A DNA stretch of 56,939 bases, counting the filler, from Sphacelaria rigidula (taxonomy: Eukaryota): the NCBI GenBank assembly GCA_964200075.2. It is 6 parts of 6 records of this genome, joined end to end, with 100 filler letters (N's around TTAATTAATTAA, not from the genome) between each part and the next. Parts side by side here need not be neighbours in the genome. Positions count along the whole stretch, not along the records: positions 47,535 to 56,939 come from CAXNAA020008578.1; 5 more parts are not named here. The stretch is one strand, 5' to 3'. How positions within the stretch are numbered: position 1 is the stretch's first letter; each line of letters begins with the position of its first letter. Positions 47,718-56,939 of the stretch are shown one piece after another. The notes under the pieces were generated by a model that was not told the origin of the DNA, searched no databases, and saw only the letters and a program-made list of their open reading frames with translations. The translations under genes were made by a program, and so were the position numbers.

Positions 47718-49903
47718 ATGACACCCATGACCGTCAACACCTTGCCCCTCCTGGCCCTGCTTCTCGCCTCTACGACACAGGCCTTCGTGATCCCCGCCAA
47801 CACCCGTGGAGCATCGCCCGTAGCTACCCTGCAGCGACCGGCGACCGTGGCCACCCCCACGTCGTCGTTGGCCCGAACACGCTCGTCTACAGCACCACGC
47901 AGATCCACCTCTTCCGCGGCAGTAGTCCGCATGGCAACCGATACCAGCACCGCGACTGAAACACCAGGCGTCGAAACTACCGAACAGACAGTGACGAGAC
48001 TCCGCGAGACCGCCGCGGCGTTACGCGCGCAAGCTGTTGAGCTTGAGAGCAAGCGCGAACAAGAGCGTCGCGCCGGCGCCGACCGCTCCTTCAACACCTT
48101 CGACTCCAACAACGACGGCACGGTAGACGTGCAAGAGCTGCAGGCCGGCCTAGTCACGCCCCTGCGCCGGAGCTTCACCAAGCAGCTCACAGCGCGTATG
48201 GGCCGCAAGCCCAGCGAAGAGGAGGTGGACGCCCGCATCGCCGAGCTGCCGGGAGGAACGCTGTTGCCCGACGACCTGGCCCAGAAGCTCATTGCCGTGT
48301 ACGACCAGAACAGCGACGGCGTGTTGCAGCAGTCCGAGTTCGCACCCACCGAGGAGCTCCGCATGAGGCTGGAGAACATGTTCCGCGAGCAAAAAGAGGA
48401 GGAGCGCTTGGTCAGGGTGGCGGAGCGAGAGCGTGAGATGGCGGAGAGGCTAGCGGCGGAGGGCGAGGCGTCGGGGGCGGTGGTGCTGCGCGACGGCGAG
48501 GCGAACGACGGCGAGCCGACGTCGGCGGACAAGGCGCTGTCGGCGCTGGCGTACGTGCTGCCGCTGGTGGACGGGTTGTCTTACGCGGGGCACTTGTTCG
48601 CGTCGCACCCGGAGCAGATGGCGGTATTGCAGCCTTTGTTGTTGGTGCTGCTGGCTGTCCGGTCGTTGCCGTTCGTGACGCTCATTGGCTTCTTCGGGCT
48701 GTCTTCGTTGAGCAACAACCCTCAGATCAACAAGCTGGCGCGATTCAACATGAAACAGGTGGGGGTTTGCGCCTGACTTGGTGGATGTGTCTGATTAGCC
48801 CGCCTCTCATGGACCGGACGGCATGAAGAAGCTTTTGCTATGACCTTTTCGGGACAACTTCTCGCGATCGCAGCAAGTTCCAAATCGAGTCTTGACATTG
48901 TTTGACGGTTTGTACACCGAGACGGGGGCACCCCGCCTGCATCAGTGCGTGAATAAAGCAGCGGCGGCCACAAACTGCTCGCTGTCCATAGCTTTGTACG
49001 CGGTACTGCCTTCCCCCGACTGCTTGCATATATCGTACAGTGCTCCGTCCTTGGTCGTGTTTTGCCCGTGTGTTGCATCGCTGTCTGTATTGCACCGATG
49101 CACGGTACAGTGCGTGTGCTGGCTGCTGTGCGCTGTGTGCAGCTGTACTTTTATGCATCTACTGCCTGTGCATCTAGCTGTGTCATACTCTATGAGGGGC
49201 ATTTTACGTGCCCCCTTTGCCCAACGAATTTGATTTTTCCGAAAGCAGTCTACTTGTCTCGAGGAGACTGTCTGTAACTGCGCTTACCTGGAAAGATGAC
49301 CGATCTCAGACATCGTTTCTCCCACAGTGAGGCGATCAAAACCGGGCCCACAATACTATCTGGAAGCCCTCCCGCCCCCCTCCCTTTCCCACACTTGACT
49401 CCATTCCAGAGTGGCTTCTTGGGACCAAAAGGATTGGCTTTATGCAACGCTCCATGCAACGCTGATTATGTCGCAGGTTTCGGCCACGCTGTTGCCGGCG
49501 CGGGGATCCATCCCTTGGCACTTGTTGGACCTCCATCATGGAGATCGTACAAGATGCACTAGGCCTCGAACCCATGGTGTTTTACATATAGAGTATACAG
49601 CATCGTGCTTACCGTTCGACCTCCCTGCCTCCCTTCCCCCCCTTCCCCCAATATCAGGCGATCAACTTGGATATTGCGCTTATCGTGCCCGGGATCCTTG
49701 GAGCCTTGGCCTCCGCTTCTCTTGGCCAGGATGCCTACAAGTTGGCGTCGTTGGCGGACGTAGGATCAGATGTGATATTTGTGGCTCTTTTGGCTGCCGT
49801 AGCGTACTCCGTGGGTTCCTCTGCGTTGGGGGAGTTCCCCAACAAGCTTCCGTTCTTCGGACGGATCAACCGCGAGAACCCGGATCAGGAGGAGGAGTTG
49901 TAA
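47718..49903 (+). CDS. TIC20: Plastid-targeted EF-hand + Tic20-family protein; join(47718..48758,49658..49903), ~428 aa
   Basis: Signal peptide ending TTQA|FVIP (ASAFAP-type) followed by an S/T/R-rich transit peptide. EF-hand loops DSNNDGTVDVQE and DQNSDGVLQQSE. Tic20-like C-terminus DKALSALAYVLPLVDGLSY...NPQINKLARFNMKQ|AINLDIALIVP...LGEFPNKLPFF. Phase-0 GT-AG intron. Confidence 0.88.
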
Positions 49904-51454
49904 CTTTGGTGAAGATTTTGGATGACAGGTTTTGGTTGTGGGTTCGGTGTTGAGTAATTGGATGTCGCTCATGTGTTGTGTCGTCCTGTAATGTGTTGTG
50001 TGTAGTTATGACGATAGTATAGCGCACGTGCCGTGCCGAGTGATGTGTGATGTTGGGTGATTGTCGTGCTCAGTGTTGTGCACACAGATGAACGCAATGT
50101 CGGAAATAGTTTGAGCTGTTGTGATGGATGCTGGTGTGTGGATTTGTGAGTTATATTTCTCGTGTTGTTTGTTTTGCACATGAGGGCCGTCTTCGACGAG
50201 TACTCGATCATTTTTCGTCTCGTGTCGACAAATGCGATCGATTCACGTGTAATGCTATGTGGATTTTGTTGCTAGTCACACGCAGGATAGCAGATCGCCT
50301 GTTATGACTTCGAACTGTTGGTGCGTCTCTAATAGAATGTGTCTAGGTATGTGTTGATACGGGCTGTCGTCCTTCGTTTGTCCTGTAGATATGTACGTAG
50401 TTTTTACAAAGTCAAGGAGCCTCCGAGTTCTACACTTGAATTCCCTATTTTTCATGAGTCACGGCGTTCGAAGTGTCCCGTCCTTCTGTGTCGCGAGAAA
50501 CGGCCGTTTTCACGACACGTGGCGTTGCCCTGTCGGTGATGAAAGAGGACAGGCCGACGTTCAGTGTGGGCACTGTTTGATTTATCCCGATGTCTTCGTG
50601 CGACTCCGCGGCCGACACAAGACGTTGCAAGGAAGCATCGTTGTGTCCGAAGCATATGCGCTGCTGCACCATGCTATTGTTCTGTCGAGCAGTACTCGAA
50701 ATCAATACAGCATGTTTTTCCTCTTCAGCATTTTTCTTCGGCATGTACATACACCGTGACCAGCAAATCGTGGTCGCGCTCTATTCCGTGTTCGGGGTCC
50801 GGTTTGCATCCCGCGTAGATCGACTTCCGCTGACGCTGAAGTCTTCACTGATGCCTCCCTCCCATGACATTCATTGGTATACGCTGCGTCTAGCGCACGA
50901 TGTTCCGCGGGTCGAGCAACTAAACCCATCGTAATTCGCATTGACGCACTTACGGAGAAACTAGCGCTGAGTTGTACGATACAACGCAGTGGTACCCATC
51001 TCCAATAGCTGAGGTGTTGGGTACTTCTCAGCGATACCTGTTCCTCTCTGAATTTTTCAACATCTCGAAATGAGCGATACCGCCAACAGCCTGAATGATC
51101 ATGTTTCACAAAGTATTCCTCATCTCGACTGGCGGGAGCCTCACGATTCAACTCTGCAGTACTTTTCGCTTCTGAATTAGAGTGCGAAACAACTCGGCGA
51201 TATTGAAGTTCATGATCCACCTACCCCTCTTCCAAGGGGTGCGGAGTGTAAGTTTCATCACTCACCTGTACAGGCAGACATGTCGCATGTGCTATCACTC
51301 GCACTAGCCAGATTAACCGCTGTGGTATGCACGTTTCCGCTTGACTAGGGTACAAACATACCTAATGAAGTCAACCCCAGGGTGAGTCGAACAACATGAC
51401 TGACTAGTACATGAAATTCCCTGTTTCCACTTGCTGAGGTATATGGTATCACTC

Positions 51455-51622
51455 ATAACTCAGCAGTCGCTGTTTCCGCTGGCTGAGTTACACGGCATAA
51501 CTCAGCGGCAGGTATTTCTACTCACTGAGCTGTGTGGTATTATTCAGTGGTACCGGTTTTGACTGGATGAGTTGTACAAAATAACTCAGCAGCACCCACT
51601 TCCGCCAGGTGAGTTTTACCAC
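51455..51622. repeat. 42-bp tandem repeat, 4 units, with decayed units upstream to ~51330
   Basis: ATAACTCAGC-like starts at 51455, 51497, 51539 and 51581 (exact 42-bp period), each followed by a GCTGAGTT-like motif. Confidence 0.75.
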
Positions 51623-51626
51623 GTAT

Positions 51627-51879
51627 GAGTGATGATACAGTGGGGGTACACAAATACTTTCTGAGGTTGAAATTGTCAAGAGCCCTTTTTCTCACCCAAA
51701 ATAAGACTTACGAAATATGCGAGAGTACGCCAGGATTACTATTCCAATGTGCTGGGGATATCCGGAATGAATCTACAAACGGGGATGCCCTGACCCAGCT
51801 TGTGCATCTAGAATCGTCAGGAGCCCCTGAACCAGACAAGATTTCGCGAAAACAGTGCACCCCTACCGTTGCATTGCTC
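51627..51879. mobile_element. GAG...CTC MITE copy 1 (253 bp), Sola2-like
   Basis: ~25-bp TIRs, TSD GTAT/GTAT, full-length homology to 53709-53965 and 55231-55493. Confidence 0.88.
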
Positions 51880-52270
51880 GTATCTGACTTGACTCATGAA
51901 TTGTCCAACGTGTGCAGTGTTCCGTTTATCATTTTTCATCCGAACCATCACATAGATTACCCAAAACTCAACCGACTAACAAACGATCAAGAATGCCTGG
52001 TTTTCATTTGCGTATCTGATGGTCATGGCCACCACAATGATGACGGCAGCCCATTTGGTCAGTACAAGCCCCCCGTGCGTTTCTTGGTACTGTTTTGCGC
52101 TCTTCTCGTCTCCACGTTCATTCATCACCTCTAACGGTGGCGAACAGTCATGTAGACCGACATCGACAATAGATGGGATGACAACACACACTCGTAGTTA
52201 GTGAAGGCTCGACGCCGAGTCTCCATTTTCTGGGCGACGGGGACGTTCTTTAGCTTGAAGACAACGCATA

Positions 52271-52750
52271 AATAAGGGTGTCACGCAGGAGAAACAAAAA
52301 CGAAATATGTTTATATATTTGAAACGAGTTGTGCCTTGATATCCATGATTTTGGACGTTACCCTTGGGCTGGCTCGGGGTTGAAGTCTCAACGGTTATTT
52401 CACTGTATAATCGTCAATTGTGCTTGGAATGTAACAACCGATGGCTTGAAAGAACCATACGGCTAAGGGTGTCACGCAGGAGAAGAAAACAAAACTGAAA
52501 GCAAATGTTTCCGTGATGTGTTTTCCCTTCATATCCATGATTTTAGACGTTACCTCTGGGCTGGCTCGGGGGAATTTTGTGGAATTGTCAATTGTGACTG
52601 GAATATAACAACCGATGGCTTAAGAAACCGTTTGAATAAGGGTGTCAAGTTGGAGAAATTAAAACGAAATGCACATATTTTCGTAATGAGTTATGCCTTA
52701 ATATCCATGATTTTGGACGTCACCCTTGGGCTGGCTCGGGGTAAAACTTT
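52271..52750. repeat. Tandem repeat of ~175-190-bp units (about 2.6 copies)
   Basis: aagggtgtca at 52274, 52465 and 52638. atatccatgattttggacgttacccttgggctggctcgggg is present in all three units. Confidence 0.85.
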
Positions 52751-52895
52751 CACGGTTAGGACGAATCATCACGACTACGAATCACCAAATCCACGATTTC
52801 TTCGGCCTGATTACCCAAAAGGGAGAAAAAAGTTGACCGCTGCTCCAAGGGGTATCCACGCAACTTTTGCGCCACTCAACGTATCTGGGTTCTAG
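52751..52895 (+). repeat. Dispersed repeat end (CACGGTTAGGAC family)
   Basis: Matches 37768-37910. Confidence 0.85.
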
Positions 52896-53708
52896 CTTTT
52901 TTCTTCGTTTTGTTCTGATCTTCCTTTCCTAATTTCTTTTCTTGGAGTACCCTGTTTGTCTGTTATACCTCTTCTGTTTCCTTCACCGCTCTTCAGCTCG
53001 TGTTTCAGTTTTGTTTCGTCTCGGGTACGTCCGTCGATCACGTGATCACCGCTGAATCCCTGGAAAATCAGTTAAAGTGAATAAAAAACAAGGGGTACGA
53101 AGTACGCTGCTGCAATGAGGGAGGGTTTTAACGTTTCTTCGGGGTCCATTGACTGAATAGGAATAGGCCGCCGCGACCTAGTGGTGTAGCGGGTAGGTCG
53201 TGAAGTCGGTCAAGGTGGAGTTAAGGGTTAGAATGCTAGCAGGTACGGCCTTTTCTGCGAAGATTCCGATTGATTCCGTTCATGAAAAGGTGGGGGGGGG
53301 TGAGTAGTAGTAAAGAGAAAGTAATGACGAGCGTCACGCCGGTGCGGGAGTGCTCTGATCCAACCCGCGATAACGAAATGTAAGCCATACACAGCACGGA
53401 GGGAAAAATTGGTTGATTGATCCCTTGACAGTACGAACTCGTCCGTTCGGAGGAAGAAGGGTGGGGTTAGAAGCCATGCAACGGTAACAAACGTCTACCG
53501 TGTACGTCAAAATTTGCTCCGAAAAATAGTAATTGAAAAACGGTTCCGGGTCTGGATCAAACCCGTACGATATGATCACCGTGACCACTGTGTCATGGGG
53601 ATACGATATGCAGTATCATATCCCTGCAGAAAATGATCAGATACGGTCAAGGTGAACACCTCTCTCCTGATGGTGTCCAATTTTCCCCCTGACCTTCCTA
53701 GAGTAGGT

Positions 53709-53965
53709 GAGTGATGCTACGGTAGGGGTGCACAAATGTTTTCTGAGGTTGTAATTGTTAGGGGCCCTTCGTCTCATGCAAAACACGACCTATGAAAATA
53801 TGTGAAAGTACGCCAGGAACACTACTCCAATGTGCTGGGGATATCCCGAATAAGTTTGCAAACGGGGATGCCCTGACCCACATTTTTGTGCATCTAAAAT
53901 CGTTAGGAGCCCCTGAACTAGAGATAATTTCGCGAAAAAAGTGCACCGCTACCGTAGCATTGCTC
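53709..53965. mobile_element. GAG...CTC MITE copy 2 (257 bp), Sola2-like
   Basis: TIRs GAGTGATGCTACGGTAGGGGTGCAC / GTGCACCGCTACCGTAGCATTGCTC, TSD AGGT/AGGT. Confidence 0.9.
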
Positions 53966-54170
53966 AGGTGTTATACGGGGTATATACGGAGTATAACACC
54001 CCTGTGTACTCGGATTTCATTTTCGAGTTTCCTCGATTGCTACGGTGAGCACGGCGCGGAAATTTGTGACTTTGGAGCAGACTCGTCGGCACGGTCAGAT
54101 AGACGGGACATGTCGAAAGTACAATGTAGTATGTATTTAGTTGCATATATTCGCCCCGCGTCTTTCGTCA

Positions 54171-54321
54171 GAGTGATCCTACGGTGGGGAGGAGTGCGCT
54201 TTTTACTCCAAACGTTTTCTGGGGCTGCACACTAAGACCCAGATGTTTGTCATCGAAAGGCTCCTAAAGCGCAGAACCTCACAAAACAATTGTTCACGTA
54301 TACCGCACTGTAGAACCACTC
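54171..54321. mobile_element. Short GAG...CTC MITE, sister subfamily (151 bp)
   Basis: GAGTGATCCTACGGTG / CACTGTAGAACCACTC, flanks GTCA/ATCA. The interior resembles 56597-56740. Confidence 0.6.
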
Positions 54322-55230
54322 ATCACTTTTGTTCGGTGTGTGTTTCTCGTTCAGTTCCCATTTTTCTCTGCTATTTGGCTCGTTTCCCCTTCTTTCTACT
54401 TGAGTTTCCTCCAGGGGCTGGGTGTTCTCGTTGATCTGCCGTTGATAGCTCTATCTTGTGACCCCCGCGGGAGTCCTAGCGGAGCAGATAGTGTCATAAA
54501 GTCAACCGAAGGGATCAACCCATCAATAGCGTCCTGGGTGCAGAGAAACTCGGCGTTTTGAACTCATCATCCGTCGGGGTTGGTATGCTCCGCCCAGGCT
54601 TCGGAAATGAATAATACATTTCTGTTGTTTCAGCATTGCCATTATATGTGTTTGTCGCCTCATTCCGGGTGTTTGTCGCATGCATTGAAACAGAATACGA
54701 GCTGGCGAAATTCGTAAACTGAAGAGATAGTGCCTTCCGCCCAGGGAAAAAATGGGTTTTTGTGTTCTGCTAGTTATAAAATAACAATTTTACATATACA
54801 TGGGTATATGTAAGAGATGCAGAAATTTTCTTATGAGATGACTTCGACGATAACAATACGTCCTGAAATTAGAGAGTTTCAGAGCAGTATTTTCTCGTCA
54901 GAATAACGTTTGTCAGCGTATACATACACCTCATAAAATTGACACTTGGTGAAACTCGCACTTTTTTTTTTTTCGTGGCATTTTCTACCCCTCTCCCCTT
55001 TCTCGGGACGAGTCCGTGGTGTTAAAGTATCTGTTAATCCATCTCTCCCCGGTACACGCCTGGCACTTAATCTCGCGGATTGGGTCATGACTAAACACTC
55101 TCGCACCGCGTCAACTCTCGTCAAAGAAACTCAGTCCGACAAACTATTCTCGCTACTTACGTCCTCATGCTTTCAATGCCTTCAACCGCGAAAATCAGAT
55201 ACTTGGAAGAATAAACCCAAAAACATCTGG

Positions 55231-55493
55231 GAGTGATGCTACGGTAGGGGTGCACAAATGTTTTCTGAGGTTGGAATTGTTAGGGGCCCTTTATCTCATG
55301 CAAAACACGACCTATGAAAATATGTGAAAGTACGCCAGGATCACTACTCCAAACTCCAATGTCCTGGGGATATCCCGGATAAGTTTGCAAACGGGATGCC
55401 CTGACCCACATTTTTGTGCATCTAGAATCGTTAGGAGCCCCTGAACTAGATATAATTCCACGAAAAAAGTGCACCGCTACCGTAGCATTGCTC
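55231..55493. mobile_element. GAG...CTC MITE copy 3 (263 bp), Sola2-like
   Basis: Same TIRs as copy 2, flanks CTGG/CAGG (one mismatch). Confidence 0.88.
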
Positions 55494-55917
55494 CAGGCAG
55501 GAATCCTTCCCACCCTAATGGTGCCAGTTATACCATTGCACTACCGAAGCGACTCGGCATGCATGCTTTGTGAAAAAAAATGAGTGCTCCAAAGTGTGAA
55601 CTTCATGAGGTGTACATGCGCTGACAACAGCTAGGTCTGACTGCAAAACAAAAATCCGTTTCCGAACTCTCTTTTTATTTTTTCACAAGAGCACGTATAA
55701 TGGTAGGATCTGCAAGTGCAAAACTACAAAAAAGTGGAAATTCAAATAATTCGCACAACTGTCAGCGAAGTGCTGTGTGTTCACACGGGAGTGAATCCCG
55801 TGGCGTGACACGTGCATCTTTGAAATCCCGTGGCTCAAATGCATGGTCCCCTCTCCATTAGTAACTGAATTTTGGCTGTTATGTGTTGGACACATCCGAC
55901 TATCTCAACCTGCTCAG

Positions 55918-56031
55918 GAGCATGTGGACAAGCTCAAGTTGGAGATGGAGAAGTGCCGGGACACGATGGTGTCGGAGATTGACAAGTACAAGATCAAGAC
56001 CCAGAGAGCCGAGTCCAAAGCGAGGCAAAAG
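55918..56031 (+). CDS. Isolated internal exon encoding a coiled-coil segment (38 codons)
   Basis: tgctcag|GAG...AAG|gtgaca encloses EHVDKLKLEMEKCRDTMVSEIDKYKIKTQRAESKARQK, with strong GC3 codon bias. Confidence 0.7.
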
Positions 56032-56939
56032 GTGACATGTGATCGGTTGCGGCATGCAGTTGGTACACTACGAGCAAGCGCAGACCCGTGGGTCCATCGC
56101 ACGTTAATCCTATTTGGCCAGCCTCGAAAAAGGAGTGGAGTCAATCGAAGTTAACGTATGATGCCAACGATAAGACAGTGAAGTGAGTCTCGCCGTGTAT
56201 TGATTTTGGTGTATTGCTTTTCCTGATTTCGACTGGTTGGTTGATTGATTTGATTGATTGTCGTACTTGAACTGATTCCTTCCCCCGGTAGTCATTATCC
56301 AGTCGTGGTCATTATCCACATGATATAGACGTACGTACCCGAGACAAAACAAAACTGAAACACTCGAAAAGTGAACAAAAAAATAGAAATGTAGAAGAGA
56401 CAAACAGACTAGTATAAAAAAAAAAGAGAAGGAGATACATTTTTCCTGTGCGTGAATATGCCTTCGAGTACTCGAGGTGGAAGGGTCAACGACGAAGAAA
56501 ATGAAAGGAGACCGGCGGGCGACAAGTACATCGAGCAAGGTGGAGATCGTTTACAATGATAGTAATACTAGATTCTTCCATCGTCACGAAAAACGAGAGC
56601 GATTCTACGGTAGGGGAGGGCGTGCTCATTTGTTTGCTTGCCTCAGTCGTTCGACCATTGACGTTTTGGTTCAATGTTTTTCCGAGGCTACACACGAAGG
56701 CCGAGATGTTTGTCATCGAGACGCTCCTGAACAGCAGAGCATGTCAGGAGAAAATCGCGCACCCCTGTCATTGAACCACTCAACACAAGAAAAGTAGTGG
56801 CCCACTTATTTGTCCCCCCCTCCACCGAACGGTGACGCACCCATGAGGCAGTGTCGAAGCCGTGGCTGTCGCTGGAAGTAGCGATACCAGAAAATAAAGC
56901 AACTCATTGTAGGCTGCCATCCAAGTGCAAGATAATCAG

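Noticed and set aside
47636..48532. 298-aa minus-strand ORF
   Set aside because: Antisense shadow of the EF-hand-Tic20 exon.
50702..51220. Chromodomain-like EEYFVK in a minus-strand ORF
   Set aside because: The following WKG and WEP motifs are missing, so there is insufficient support.

Overview
Eukaryotic nuclear DNA, most likely from a brown alga or related photosynthetic stramenopile (inferred from long GT-AG introns, a signal-peptide/ASAFAP-type plastid presequence, TTAGGG-like motifs and Ty1/copia with HVDD). The window is not one locus. It is six separate contigs or scaffolds of 9407, 9407, 9407, 9407, 9406 and 9405 bp, sorted by length and joined by 100-bp N44-TTAATTAATTAA-N44 linkers, so adjacency across linkers has no meaning. 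Contig 1: decayed Ty1/copia LTR retrotransposon and a foldback element. Contig 2: complete two-exon KLHDC10-like kelch gene and an orphan exon. Contig 3: 3' part of a NOT4/CNOT4 gene. Contig 4: head-to-head SLC17-type MFS transporter and type-B carboxylesterase (both lacking 3' ends) and a young TTA-TSD MITE. Contig 5: mostly repeats, minisatellites and an orphan exon. Contig 6: complete two-exon plastid-targeted EF-hand + Tic20 fusion gene, a cluster of GAG...CTC MITEs with 4-bp TSDs, a 42-bp repeat array and a coiled-coil exon. The most interesting biology is the EF-hand-Tic20 fusion, the possibly myristoylated KLHDC10 homologue and several unclassified mobile element families. I cannot support a wholly new multi-gene system.
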